DNA of 64,000 bases from Candidatus Methylomirabilota bacterium (lineage in GTDB: Bacteria; Verrucomicrobiota; Verrucomicrobiia; Limisphaerales; UBA11358): positions 3,767 through 67,766 of the forward strand of contig DASQOZ010000030.1 in the NCBI GenBank assembly GCA_035644195.1, given 5' to 3'. The notes under the pieces are model-generated. The model was not told the DNA's origin, ran no database searches, and saw only the letters and a list, made by a program, of their open reading frames with translations. The position numbers and the translations under genes were made by a program. Of the stretch, positions 40,458-50,728 are shown piece by piece (positions within the stretch are counted from its first letter, which is position 1; the number at the start of each line of letters is the position of its first letter).

Positions 40458-41156
40458 TTGAGCCGCCCTTTTTCTCCACGCACTTCTTCGTCCGATTCCT
40501 TTGTCCGGGTCAACGGCAAAATCCGCGCCCGCGAAGTCCGGGTCATTGGAGTGGACGGCAGCCAGCTCGGCGTCATCCCGCTCAACGAAGCGCTGAATCT
40601 CGCACGGCAACACGCCGTTGACCTGGTCGAAATCGCCGCCACCGCCGTGCCGCCCGTCTGCCGGCTCGTCAATCTCGGAAAATTCCGTTACGAAAAAGCC
40701 AAGAAGGAAAAAGAATCCAAAAAGCATCAGCACGCTTCGATTGTCAAAGAAGTTCAATTAAGCCCGCGCATTGATCCGCACGACCTCGGCATCAAGCTGA
40801 CGCACGCCATTGATTTTCTTTGCGAAGACATGAAAGTCAAAGTCGCGCTGAAATTTCGCGGACGCGAAATGGCGCACACGGAAGTCGGCTTTGACGTCAT
40901 CAAAAAATTTCTTGCCGAGATTGCGCCTTTTGGCCAGCCGGATTTCCAACCCAAACTCATCGGTCGCGGCATCAACGTCATGATCAGCCCGCTGCCGCGC
41001 AATAAACGCGCGAAAAATCCGAACAAAGCTGTTGAAAATCACGCGGCCAATCATCACGAAACAAATTCCGCGCCGTCCAAGACAAAAGTGCCTGTTGCAG
41101 CCGAACCGCAATCCAACGGACTCAACGACGCCTTCTCAAAACTCGAAGTGAAGTAG
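40458..41156 (+). CDS. infC: Translation initiation factor IF-3
   Basis: VNGKIRAREVRVI, DLVEIA..A.PPVCR, FRGRE; non-AUG (TTG) start. Confidence 0.96.
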   Translation: MSRPFSPRTSSSDSFVRVNGKIRAREVRVIGVDGSQLGVIPLNEALNLARQHAVDLVEIAATAVPPVCRLVNLGKFRYEKAKKEKESKKHQHASIVKEVQLSPRIDPHDLGIKLTHAIDFLCEDMKVKVALKFRGREMAHTEVGFDVIKKFLAEIAPFGQPDFQPKLIGRGINVMISPLPRNKRAKNPNKAVENHAANHHETNSAPSKTKVPVAAEPQSNGLNDAFSKLEVK

Positions 41157-41157
41157 T

Positions 41158-41218
41158 TGTAGGAGACGACGTAAGGAGTCTCTATTTTTGATTTGAGTCT
41201 CGTTACCTCGACTCCTAC
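41158..41218. repeat. GTAG-type REP doublet supplying the stop codon of the adjacent gene
   Basis: TGTAGGAGACGACGTAAGGAGTCT...GACTCCTAC, near-identical to 28061-28142. Confidence 0.8.
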
Positions 41219-42693
41219 GCAGATATTTTCCATCCGCTCACCAATTCGGGAAATGGACAATTTTCGCAAATCGCATTTGAATGTTCGCAAAAATCGCGAA
41301 CGATTTGCATCAAACCCTGCTGCGCGGCTGCGGTCTTGAAATTTTTTGCATTTAAAACTCCCAACAAACGTTGCCGCGCCAGTTTCAAAACCGAATTGTC
41401 TTCCGCCGCTGGCCACGAAAAATATCTTCGCTCAATTTCATTTTGAATTTTTTCATTGCCGCCTTCCTTCGCGCGAATCCAAAGCCAGGGCAAAATCACA
41501 TTCACGGCCAAATCAGTGACGCGCGCATCGCCGAGCAACGGCTGCGGCTTTTTCAGTCGCGCGGATTTGAACGTCCAATGCCACGACCAGAATTCGTCGC
41601 GTTCAACTTGAAGAATTTCTTTCAATGATTTGTAGCAGCCGACGTGAGTCGGCTCAAAATTTGAAATTAGAGCGGACTTACGTCCGCTGCTACGATGAGT
41701 TGGAAAATCCATCGCGCTCCATTTTTCAATTTTTGAAATGAAATTTTTGTCCGCAAGCCAATGCGACGCCAGCGCCATTCGCCGTTGTGGATGATTTGCC
41801 GGACGCAAACCGTGAAATTTCCAAACTGCACGCGGCAAAATGCAATTTTCAAATTCGTCGCGCTCGCGCCACCAGAAATCCCAGGCATGGCGCAGATAAG
41901 TGTCCGAACTTTTTTGAGCGCGCGTCAATTGATCCGGCAGCAATCCGCTGATGCCAAGCAGTCGCGCCTGAAATTCAAAGGCGAATTTTGAGCCGGGCGA
42001 CCAGCGTGATTTCGTTTCGGCGAGGTTTTGCATCGGCCAGACGTTGTGTTTGTAGCCGAGCGCGCGAAACAAATTTTCCCAAAACGTTTGCTCCCAGCCG
42101 ACATTTTTGGCGCGGGCGCGAAAATACGACGCTTTGTTTTCAAATCGAACGCTCGCGGCTTGCTGCAACAGTTCCGTTAATTTTGTTTCGTCCAATTCAC
42201 GCAACGGCGCGCAGCATTTACCGCGAAGATTTTCCGGCAGCGATTCGTTTTCAAGCGACAAACTTAATTCCGCGAGCGGCGCGTCGAGAGCATTCTTCAA
42301 GGACAAAGCTGTGGGCGCATTTTCAACCGGTTTGGCTTCTTCCCAAATGACGTGGAGCAGGACGTTTTTGAAGCTTGGATTTTTATCATGACTGTGCGCG
42401 CGCCAGCCATTTGCGTGCAAATCAATTTCGACGTCGCCGGAACGCGGAGCATCGTCGCCGATTTGCAAAACGGCGTTGCGAAAATCAGGCCCGCCTTCCA
42501 CGCTTAGAAATCCCGGATGAAAAATGCGAACCGTTTTTCCATCGGCGGTTTTTAATTCATTGCGACACAACCGTTGGTGCTGCCAGATGGATTGAAGCAG
42601 CCGTTCGTTTGGAAAATGTTCATCGCGCAGAAAATTTTGTTCGCGCGCTTTTTCGCGCCATCGGCTGTAAAAATTTTCTGAAAACGGATTCAC
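41215..42693 (-). CDS. DUF2851 family protein
   Basis: E.LLQ.IW, GPDF, GDVEI, HV.W, RPANHP..R; start uncertain (up to 42756). Confidence 0.8.
   Translation of the reverse strand: MNPFSENFYSRWREKAREQNFLRDEHFPNERLLQSIWQHQRLCRNELKTADGKTVRIFHPGFLSVEGGPDFRNAVLQIGDDAPRSGDVEIDLHANGWRAHSHDKNPSFKNVLLHVIWEEAKPVENAPTALSLKNALDAPLAELSLSLENESLPENLRGKCCAPLRELDETKLTELLQQAASVRFENKASYFRARAKNVGWEQTFWENLFRALGYKHNVWPMQNLAETKSRWSPGSKFAFEFQARLLGISGLLPDQLTRAQKSSDTYLRHAWDFWWRERDEFENCILPRAVWKFHGLRPANHPQRRMALASHWLADKNFISKIEKWSAMDFPTHRSSGRKSALISNFEPTHVGCYKSLKEILQVERDEFWSWHWTFKSARLKKPQPLLGDARVTDLAVNVILPWLWIRAKEGGNEKIQNEIERRYFSWPAAEDNSVLKLARQRLLGVLNAKNFKTAAAQQGLMQIVRDFCEHSNAICENCPFPELVSGWKISA
41631..41694. repeat. GTAG-type REP doublet in frame in the DUF2851 gene
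   Basis: TGTAGCAGCCGACGTGAGTCGGCTC...GCTGCTAC, encoding RSSGRKSALISNFEPTHVGCY. Confidence 0.8.
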
Positions 42694-42873
42694 TTGAAAT
42701 TGCTTTTGCTCGGATAGTCGGGCAAAGTCAAGTTCTGCGTGAAATTTTGAGCGCATTGTATGGCGGATTTGCCTGTTTATAAAAACACATCGTTGTTGCG
42801 CGGCGTAAATGCTGCTCGCCGCGACACGGATTTTTCGGCTAAACTGCCGGAAGTCCCGGCGGTCGAAAATGCC

Positions 42874-43821
42874 ATGATTGATGTGTCCAATTTGACGAAA
42901 CGTTACGCAGGCCGGGCGGCTGTGCGCAATATTTCGTTCAGCGTCGCGCGGGGTGAAATCGTCGGCCTGCTCGGCCCCAATGGTGCGGGCAAAAGCACGA
43001 CGATGCGGATTTTATCGGGCTTCATGCCGGCGACGAGCGGCTCGGTGCGCGTGGCGGGTTATGACGTTTTTCATCAATCGGACGACGTGCGCCGGCGCAT
43101 CGGCTATATGCCGGAAAATAATCCGCTCTATTTGGAAATGCGCGTGCGTGAATATTTGAAATTTCGCGCGCGGCTCAAAGGACTTGGCTGGCGAAAATCT
43201 CGCGAGCGCGTGGACACGGTGATGGAGCAATGCGGTCTGGCGGACGTCGGCCGACGCATCATCGGACAACTTTCAAAAGGCTATCGCCAGCGCGTCGGTC
43301 TGGCGGACGCACTTGTGCATGAACCCGAATTGATCATTTTGGACGAACCGACCATCGGACTCGACCCGCATCAAATCCGTTCGGTGCGGCAATTGATCAA
43401 AAGTCTCGGCGGCAGGCATACGGTTTTGATTTCGACGCACATTTTGCCGGAAGCGGAAATGATGTGCAGCCGGATGCTGATTATGTATGACGGAAAAATT
43501 CTCGCCGCCGACACGCCGGAAAATTTGCAGCGGCTCACGTCGGGCAACGGCCAAATCGTGGCGGAAATTGCCGCGCCGGTGATGTCGCTGCGGAATTGTT
43601 TTTCGCAAATGGAAGAGATTGCGCACTTCGACATTTCCGCCGGCGACCAGGAATTTCATCGTTGCACGTTGACGCCGCAAAATGAAATGGATTTGCGATC
43701 GGCGATTTTTGCTCTGGCGCGCGAACGCGGCTGGACAATCCGGGAACTGACGCGCAACCGCCATTCGCTCGAAGACATTTACGTGCAGATCACGCAGCCG
43801 CACGAGGAGGACGAAAACTGA
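42874..43821 (+). CDS. ABC transporter ATP-binding protein (GldA-like)
   Basis: GPNGAGKST, LSKGYRQR, LDEPT. Confidence 0.93.
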   Translation: MIDVSNLTKRYAGRAAVRNISFSVARGEIVGLLGPNGAGKSTTMRILSGFMPATSGSVRVAGYDVFHQSDDVRRRIGYMPENNPLYLEMRVREYLKFRARLKGLGWRKSRERVDTVMEQCGLADVGRRIIGQLSKGYRQRVGLADALVHEPELIILDEPTIGLDPHQIRSVRQLIKSLGGRHTVLISTHILPEAEMMCSRMLIMYDGKILAADTPENLQRLTSGNGQIVAEIAAPVMSLRNCFSQMEEIAHFDISAGDQEFHRCTLTPQNEMDLRSAIFALARERGWTIRELTRNRHSLEDIYVQITQPHEEDEN

Positions 43822-44570
43822 TGAGAATTTTCCTGACGCTCTTCCGGCGCGAATTGTCCGCGTTTTTCTTTTCGGTCGCTGGCTATGTCATCATCGCGGC
43901 GGTGACGTTTCTTATCGGCTTGAGTTTCGTCAGTTTAATCGCGTTGCTCGGCGGCGAGCCGTCGCCAAAGCCGGTGACGGAATTATTTTACCAAACGTTT
44001 TATTTCTGGCTGATTGTTTTGCTGGCGACGCCGGTGATCACCATGCGGCTGTTTGCTCTGGAAAAATCGTCCGGCACGTTCGAGACGTTGATGACGACGC
44101 CGGTGGGCGATTTGCAGGTCGTGGCGGCAAAATTTTCAGCCGCGCTGTTTTTTTACATGGTCATGTGGCTGCCGATGCTGGTGTGCCTGTTCATTCTCCG
44201 GCATTTTACGAGTCAGCGCGCATTGGACGCAGGCATGGTCGGCGGAATGTTTGCGGGAATTTTTCTCGTCGGATGTCTGTTTCTGGCGCTGGGTTGTTTC
44301 GCCTCGGCGTTGACGCGCAGCCAAATGACAGCGGCTATGATCGCGCTGGTTTTGGGCGTAAGCCTGTTTTCGCTCGGTTTTTTGGCAAAGGCAATTCCCG
44401 TCGCGGCGCAATGGCAGTCGCAGGTGATTTCCTATTTCAACCTGTTCGAGCAAATGGACAATTTTGCGCGCGGCGTTGTTGAATTGCGCGCGGTGATTTT
44501 TTACTTGAGCGCGGCGTTTCTGTTTTTGTTCCTGACGTTGCGCGTCGTGGAAAGCAGGCGCTGGAAATAA
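43821..44570 (+). CDS. ABC-2 permease (GldF-like)
   Basis: 6 TM, TMRLFALEK..GT.ETL.T.P. Confidence 0.9.
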   Translation: MRIFLTLFRRELSAFFFSVAGYVIIAAVTFLIGLSFVSLIALLGGEPSPKPVTELFYQTFYFWLIVLLATPVITMRLFALEKSSGTFETLMTTPVGDLQVVAAKFSAALFFYMVMWLPMLVCLFILRHFTSQRALDAGMVGGMFAGIFLVGCLFLALGCFASALTRSQMTAAMIALVLGVSLFSLGFLAKAIPVAAQWQSQVISYFNLFEQMDNFARGVVELRAVIFYLSAAFLFLFLTLRVVESRRWK

Positions 44571-44571
44571 A

Positions 44572-46050
44572 ATGGCAACTCATCCCAAACCTCAATCCAG
44601 TTTCTCACCGGGCCGCAAATGGAAAATCGGCTTCGACTTGTTCGCGCGAACCGTTTTGGTTCTCGCGGTGGTCGTCATGGCCAATTACATCAGCGCGCAA
44701 TTTCCTCATCGCTTTTATTTCAGTTCGCAAACACGCGTCAAGTTGTCGTCGCGCACGGTCAGCGTGCTGCAAGCGTTGACCAATCGCGTGACGGTGACGT
44801 TGTATTACGACCGCAAAGACGATTTTTATCCCGACATCGTTGCGTTGCTGAACGAGTATCGCGCGGTGAATCCGAAAATTTCTTTTACCACGGTGGATTA
44901 CGTTCGCGATGCCGGTGAAGCGGAAAAATTGAAGGAACATTACGGTCTTGCTTCGTCCACGGACAAAAATCTGGTGATTTTTGATTCCAATGACCATGTC
45001 AAAATGGCCAGCGGCGACGCGCTCATCAAATATGCGGCGACGGGAATGTCGAAGGATAAAAAATTGGAAATCGGCCCGGTGGCGTTCAACGCCGAACAAA
45101 TGTTCACTTCCATTTTGCTTGCCCTTCAAGACGCCAAACCGTTCACGGCGTATTTTTTACAAGGACATTATGAACCATCCCTAACGGATTCCGGACAGTC
45201 GGGCTATTTGAAGTTCGCCTCTATTCTTCAGGGAAATTATATTGATGTTCAGCCGATAAGTTTGCTCGGTGACAGCAAAGTTCCGCCAGATTGTGACCTG
45301 CTTATCATCGCTGGCCCGCGTGGAAAATTTTCCCCTCTCGAACTTCAAAAAATCAGCGACTACATTTCACAAGGCGGGCGATTATTTGTATTGCTGGATT
45401 CTTCTTCGGTTGAGCATCCCACTGGCTTGGAAGATATTTTGTTGCATTGGGGCGTGAGCGTTGCCGCCGATTATGTGCGCGATATTAAAAATACGACGTC
45501 TTCTTCCGGTGCGGATGTTGTTGTTCAGCAGTTTAGCCAGCATCCAATTGTCAATCCACTGATGCGATCTGAATTGCAAATGCTTTATCCGCGCCCGGTC
45601 AGCGCCGTAAATTCGAAAAATCCATCGCCCGATGCGCCAGAGGTCACAGAACTCACATTTTCCGGAGATGCTTCGACGCTCGTGGGTGATTCCACAGCGG
45701 CACCGCGAAGTTATCCGCTTATGGTTGCTGTCGAACAAAAGAATGTTGTTGGCGTTGCTAATTCCCGTGGCACGATGCGCATGGTCGTGGCTGGCGATTC
45801 GATTTTTTTGAATAATCAAGTCATTGAGGGCGGCACCGGCGGAGCGAACCGCGATTTTTTGGGTAACGCAGTCAATTGGTTGCTGGACCGGCCAACATTG
45901 CTTCAAGGCATTGGACCGCAGCCCGTCACTGAATTTCGGTTAACGCTCACTGCAACACAGCAGCGGGAAGTAAATTGGCTATTGTTGGCCGCGCTGCCCG
46001 GCGCGGTTTTGCTGTTTGGCGGATTGGTCTGGCTCGTGCGAAGAAAATAA
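44572..46050 (+). CDS. GldG-like ABC auxiliary component
   Basis: YFLQGHYE, LLIIAGP, VVAGDS, N..F..NAVNWL, C-terminal TM. Confidence 0.88.
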   Translation: MATHPKPQSSFSPGRKWKIGFDLFARTVLVLAVVVMANYISAQFPHRFYFSSQTRVKLSSRTVSVLQALTNRVTVTLYYDRKDDFYPDIVALLNEYRAVNPKISFTTVDYVRDAGEAEKLKEHYGLASSTDKNLVIFDSNDHVKMASGDALIKYAATGMSKDKKLEIGPVAFNAEQMFTSILLALQDAKPFTAYFLQGHYEPSLTDSGQSGYLKFASILQGNYIDVQPISLLGDSKVPPDCDLLIIAGPRGKFSPLELQKISDYISQGGRLFVLLDSSSVEHPTGLEDILLHWGVSVAADYVRDIKNTTSSSGADVVVQQFSQHPIVNPLMRSELQMLYPRPVSAVNSKNPSPDAPEVTELTFSGDASTLVGDSTAAPRSYPLMVAVEQKNVVGVANSRGTMRMVVAGDSIFLNNQVIEGGTGGANRDFLGNAVNWLLDRPTLLQGIGPQPVTEFRLTLTATQQREVNWLLLAALPGAVLLFGGLVWLVRRK

Positions 46051-47861
46051 TGAATTCAAAAACAACAGGCATCTGGTTTGTGGTCGCTGCGGCGCTTGGC
46101 ATTTTTATTTTTGCCTTTGAGCATTACTTTCATTTTGCCGCGTCGGCGCAAGCCGGCATTTTGCCGCGTCTGCAACCTGATGCCGTGACGGGCGTTCAAG
46201 TGATTCCATCCGGCGCGCCGGAAATTTGCGTCGCGCGCACGAACGGGAATTGGTTTTTAAGCAAACCGCTTTTTTATCCGGGGCAATCCGCCGCCATCGA
46301 AGCATTGCTTGATGCGCTGCAAAAACTTGTTCCAGCGCCAAGAATCAGCGCCGCCGAAATGCGCGAAAATAAAAATGCTGACGCTGAATTCGGCTTTCTC
46401 AATCCGCAAATCCGTTTGAACATCGAAGCAGGCGAACAGCGCTGGCAATTAGACGTTGGCAACAAAACCGCGCCGGGCAACCAGGTCTATCTGCGCGTCG
46501 TCGGCGTGGACGGCGCTTTCGTGGCCGACGCCGGCTGGCTCAATCTCGTTCCGCGTTCGGCCAACGACTGGCGCGACACATCGCTCGTGGACGCGCGCCA
46601 AAATAATTTCGATTACATCATGCTGACCAATGGTGTGAAAGGGCTGGCCATTGAATTGCGACGCGACGCGACGAATCATCTTTGGCGGATGCTTCAACCG
46701 TTGCAGGCGCGCGCTGACACCGAACATATCAACGACGCGCTGCAACAATTGCAAATGGCGAGGGTGACGCAATTTGTGACCGACGATTCCAAAGCTGATT
46801 TAGTCACATATGGTTTGAATCCCGCCGAATTGGATTTGTGGCTTGGCAACATGACAAATCGGATCGTGGGATTGAAAGTTGGCCAAAGCGTGGCAAACGA
46901 CGCGACGCAGGTTTATGCCAAGCGCGAAGGCTGGAACGCCATTTTCAAAACAGCCAAAGAGCCGCTCGCGACGTGGTCGGAAACCGTCAATAAATTTCGC
47001 GATTCACGATTGCTGGAATTGACCGCACCTGTTGCCGAAATCCAGATGCGACGCGGTGGCAGCAATAATTTCATTTTGCGGCGGCAAGGTTCCAACGACT
47101 GGTCGATCGTTGGTGAAAAATTTCCAGCCGATGCCGAAAGCGTCCAAACATTCATCAAAGAACTGGCTGATCTGCGCGTCGCAGAATTTGTAAAAGACGT
47201 CGTCACGCCGGCGAATTGGCCGGATTATGGACTAGATGCGCCGCAGGAAGAAATCACATTGCGTTCAATCGCGGGTGATACCAATGCGCCGCTGGTCCAA
47301 TTGAATTTTGGCACGAACCAGAACAATGACGTTTTTGTGCGGCGCAGCGACGAGGATTTTATTTACGCCGTTACTTGGCAGGACTTTCATCATTTGCCGG
47401 AAAGCGCGTGGCAATTGCGCGACCGCCATATTTGGAATTTCAATCCCGACGACATCGTGCAAATTACGATTCGTCAAAACGGCAAGACACGCCAACTTAT
47501 TCATGGCGGCGGGGATAAATGGTCGCTTGCGTCCGGCTCGCAAGGCATTGTCGTTGGCGGCAGCATTGAGCAAGCGGTTCAGCGATTGAGCCAATTGACC
47601 TCCGTGGGTTGGCTCGGATGCAATCTGCCGGATTCGGAAAATTTGGGATTCAAGCCGGACAATTTGCAAATCACAACTGAACTTAAAGATGGCAAAAAAT
47701 TAACCGTGGATTTTGGCGCGCCCACGGTTAATTTCGGCATTAATGACAGCGGCGTGCTTGCCGCCGTCACGCTTGAGGGCGACCGTTGGACGTTTGAATT
47801 TCCGCCGGTGGCTTATCAGTTCGTCTTGAGTTATCTCACCATTCCGGCGAATGTGCCATGA
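46050..47861 (+). CDS. DUF4340 domain protein
   Basis: Repeated W....P...AD / YGL..P units; follows the gldG-like gene. Confidence 0.8.
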   Translation: MNSKTTGIWFVVAAALGIFIFAFEHYFHFAASAQAGILPRLQPDAVTGVQVIPSGAPEICVARTNGNWFLSKPLFYPGQSAAIEALLDALQKLVPAPRISAAEMRENKNADAEFGFLNPQIRLNIEAGEQRWQLDVGNKTAPGNQVYLRVVGVDGAFVADAGWLNLVPRSANDWRDTSLVDARQNNFDYIMLTNGVKGLAIELRRDATNHLWRMLQPLQARADTEHINDALQQLQMARVTQFVTDDSKADLVTYGLNPAELDLWLGNMTNRIVGLKVGQSVANDATQVYAKREGWNAIFKTAKEPLATWSETVNKFRDSRLLELTAPVAEIQMRRGGSNNFILRRQGSNDWSIVGEKFPADAESVQTFIKELADLRVAEFVKDVVTPANWPDYGLDAPQEEITLRSIAGDTNAPLVQLNFGTNQNNDVFVRRSDEDFIYAVTWQDFHHLPESAWQLRDRHIWNFNPDDIVQITIRQNGKTRQLIHGGGDKWSLASGSQGIVVGGSIEQAVQRLSQLTSVGWLGCNLPDSENLGFKPDNLQITTELKDGKKLTVDFGAPTVNFGINDSGVLAAVTLEGDRWTFEFPPVAYQFVLSYLTIPANVP

Positions 47862-49926
47862 TATGGGTTTCTGGCGAAAATGTCGTTTTTGCGCCCGCTG
47901 GCTGCGCCGGACGGTGCTTGTCATCGTTGTGGCGCTGATCGGCGTTTTTATCTGGTGCAATCAAATCGGCCTGCCGAATTTTTTGAAACAGCCGTTGGTC
48001 GAAAAACTTCGCGACCGCGGAATCGAGTTGGAATTTTCCCGGCTGCGCTTGCACCTGGTTCGCGGATTGGTCGCGGAAAATGTCCTCGTCAGCGACCTGA
48101 AAATTTCCGGCAGTCCGTCGCTCTCATTTGCGGAAGTTCAATTGCAACCCGATTTTTACGCGTTGCTCCGCGCGCAATTGCAGATTGACGGGCTTGTTTT
48201 GCGCCGTGGCAAATTAAATTTGCCGCTTTCGCCTGAAAACACATTGTCGCTCGAAAACATCCAAAGCGAATTGCATTTTAGCACGAAAGACACGGTGTCG
48301 CTCGATAATTTCAAGGCCGATTTTCAAGGCGCGAAAATCGCGCTGTCGGGCGACATTGCCCACGCGCCGGAAATCCGAAGCTGGGAAATTTTTCACGGCC
48401 AAAAAGTCAGCGGGCATGGCGAATGGCGGGAGCGGCTGTTGGAATTTTCCGCCGCGCTTGCCAAAGCCAGTTCCACCAACGCGCCGCAATTGACGCTCGC
48501 GGTCAGCGGCGATGCCCGCGACCCGCGCTCTTTTATCGTCAAGCTCGCCATCCTGTGGGGCAAAACCCATTTGCAATTGGACGGCGGCAAAAATGATATG
48601 GCTCAAAATTATTCATGGCGCGCGCGCGGTGCCATCGAGCCGGAAATTCTCCGCCCGTTTTTGACCGCCACCAACGCCGTCCGCGCGTTGAACCATTTCA
48701 CATTCGGCGCGCCGGTGGTTTTGGACGCGAATATCTCCGGAGATTTAATTGAGCCTGACAGTCTCAACGCCAATGGCCGGATAGCGTTGACCAACTTGGC
48801 CGTTCGCGGTGAAGCCGCGGACAACGCCGTGAGCGATTTTTCTTACACCAACCGCGTTTTGGAATTGTTCAAGCCGCATCTGGCGCGCGGTTCAGAAACG
48901 ATGGACGCCGATCAAGTCACTTTGGATTTCAATGCCAAACTGATCCGGTTCAAAAATGGTTTCAGCACCGCTGATCCGCAATCCGTGGCGCGCGCCATCG
49001 GGCCGAAGACTGCAAAATTGATGGAGCCGTATCATTTTTTGCGACCGCCGGGCGCGCGGGTGGAAGGTTGCGTGCCGTTGCATGACATCAACGGCGTTCG
49101 CGATGTGGATGATGCGGACATCAGTTTTGAAATCGTCGAGGGAAAACCATTTTCGTGTCTCAAGCTCAACGCGCAGAACGTCACCGGCACGATCCATTGG
49201 CTCGGCGAGACGTTGATTTTGACGAACATCGCGGCGCAATGTTACGGCGGCAGCGGACACGGCTCGGCATTTTTTGATTTCAGCATTCCCGGCGAAGGCG
49301 GAGAGTTTCAATTCAACGCCGCCGTCTCGAACATCAATCTTCACGCGCTCGCCATGGATTTGAGTTCGTCCAAGAATCATCTCGAAGGCCGTTTGTCGGG
49401 AGAAATAACGATGACCCACGACACGACGCATGACTGGCAAATGATGAACGGCTTTGGCCACGCGAAACTGCGCGACGGATTGCTTTGGGACATTCCGGTC
49501 ATCGGCATTCTTTCGCCAATCTTGAACATGGTCGCGCCCGGCATGGGCAACAGCCAGGCCACCGACGCCGGCGGAAAATTCACCATTGCCAACGGCGTGA
49601 TTCATTCCGATTCGCTTGAAATTGACACCACCGGAGCGCGCCTGCAATACGACGGCACTGTGGATTTGAAACAAAACGTTCACGCGCACGTCACGGCGCA
49701 ATTGTTGCGCAACACACCGGTGATTGGGCAAATCATCAGCACGATTTTTTGGCCGGTCGGAAAATTGTTTGAATACAAAGTCACCGGCACGCTGAAAAAT
49801 CCAAAGACCGAGCCGGTCTATGTGCCGAGATTTTTACTGATGCCGCTGCATCCGATCCGCAGCATCGAAGAATTGCTTCCGGCCAATGAATTTTTCTCGA
49901 ACACGAACAGCGCGGCGTCGAATTGA
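47851..49926 (+). CDS. AsmA-like C-terminal domain protein
   Basis: N-terminal TM, beta-rich body, YKVTGTL..P. Confidence 0.75.
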   Translation: MCHDMGFWRKCRFCARWLRRTVLVIVVALIGVFIWCNQIGLPNFLKQPLVEKLRDRGIELEFSRLRLHLVRGLVAENVLVSDLKISGSPSLSFAEVQLQPDFYALLRAQLQIDGLVLRRGKLNLPLSPENTLSLENIQSELHFSTKDTVSLDNFKADFQGAKIALSGDIAHAPEIRSWEIFHGQKVSGHGEWRERLLEFSAALAKASSTNAPQLTLAVSGDARDPRSFIVKLAILWGKTHLQLDGGKNDMAQNYSWRARGAIEPEILRPFLTATNAVRALNHFTFGAPVVLDANISGDLIEPDSLNANGRIALTNLAVRGEAADNAVSDFSYTNRVLELFKPHLARGSETMDADQVTLDFNAKLIRFKNGFSTADPQSVARAIGPKTAKLMEPYHFLRPPGARVEGCVPLHDINGVRDVDDADISFEIVEGKPFSCLKLNAQNVTGTIHWLGETLILTNIAAQCYGGSGHGSAFFDFSIPGEGGEFQFNAAVSNINLHALAMDLSSSKNHLEGRLSGEITMTHDTTHDWQMMNGFGHAKLRDGLLWDIPVIGILSPILNMVAPGMGNSQATDAGGKFTIANGVIHSDSLEIDTTGARLQYDGTVDLKQNVHAHVTAQLLRNTPVIGQIISTIFWPVGKLFEYKVTGTLKNPKTEPVYVPRFLLMPLHPIRSIEELLPANEFFSNTNSAASN

Positions 49927-49956
49927 AAAACAAGCATTCATTCAACATGAAAGCAA

Positions 49957-50067
49957 CCGGAAATTCCGAAACTCGTCGCCGACGAAAAAATCGGCCACTC
50001 CCTCGTCGTCGTCGCGTTGTATTATTTTGATTTGTGGCAAAGGGAAATTAAGAAAATTAGTGGGTAG
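49957..50067 (+). pseudogene. Possible 3' remnant of a NUDIX hydrolase
   Basis: Start-less frame PEIPKLVADEKIGHSLVVVALYYFDLW resembles an ADP-ribose pyrophosphatase C-terminus. Confidence 0.4.
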
Positions 50068-50114
50068 TTGAATTAAATTCTGGACAAACAAAGTCACAAC
50101 AACAAATGTAAATT

Positions 50115-50576
50115 ATGTCGCTGAATTCTATTGAGGATTACGAACGCCTTGGCGAACACCTTTCTAAAATTGATGCGCCTCTGGCGAGCTTTGCCGCAAC
50201 TCATGGCTACACAGTTTATCCCAAATTATCTGGTGGTCGCTATCCCAACAGGCGCATTACGCAGGAAGGTTCGGTGTTTCGTAGCATTCACATTTCAATG
50301 GAGCTTGCACCGAATGGCGAGCGTTTCGACGAGTTCTTTCCAGAAATTCCATATAATTGTTTGGCTGGCGCATGGATTGATGACCATAAAAAACGAGAAC
50401 GTTGGAGCGGGCCATCTATTTGTATCAAAAGAATTCCATTCTCAGTGTTAGTGCAGACTTTGAATTTACACCTTGATCACTGTCACAACTATTTATCCCA
50501 CGTTACAGAAAATTATATCCGAGCGTGCAATTGTATTAGCCCACACGGTTCTGTTCACCTGACTTTAGCACCGTAG
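50115..50576 (+). CDS. AT-rich hypothetical protein
   Basis: 153-aa ORF; stop codon lies inside the adjacent repeat. Confidence 0.55.
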   Translation: MSLNSIEDYERLGEHLSKIDAPLASFAATHGYTVYPKLSGGRYPNRRITQEGSVFRSIHISMELAPNGERFDEFFPEIPYNCLAGAWIDDHKKRERWSGPSICIKRIPFSVLVQTLNLHLDHCHNYLSHVTENYIRACNCISPHGSVHLTLAP

Positions 50577-50710
50577 GTGCGACATCTTTGTAGTTTCCGT
50601 TTCCAATCACGAACAAGCTCCGTAGGAGCGGCATATTCTGATGTCGCTCCTGACGGAGCTAAAAATTATTTGTGGAAATTTTCTACAAATATGTCGCGCC
50701 TACGGCGCTA
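50566..50710. repeat. 145-bp nested palindromic element (CCGTAGG arms)
   Basis: TAGCACCGTAGGTGCGACAT...ATGTCGCGCCTACGGCGCTA with inner AGCTCCGTAGGAGCG arms. Confidence 0.8.
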
Positions 50711-50728
50711 ATTGCGACACCGACAAAT

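Noticed and set aside
42874..47861. Gliding motility system
   Set aside because: GldA/F/G-like ABC sets are widespread in non-gliding bacteria; no motor or T9SS genes are present here
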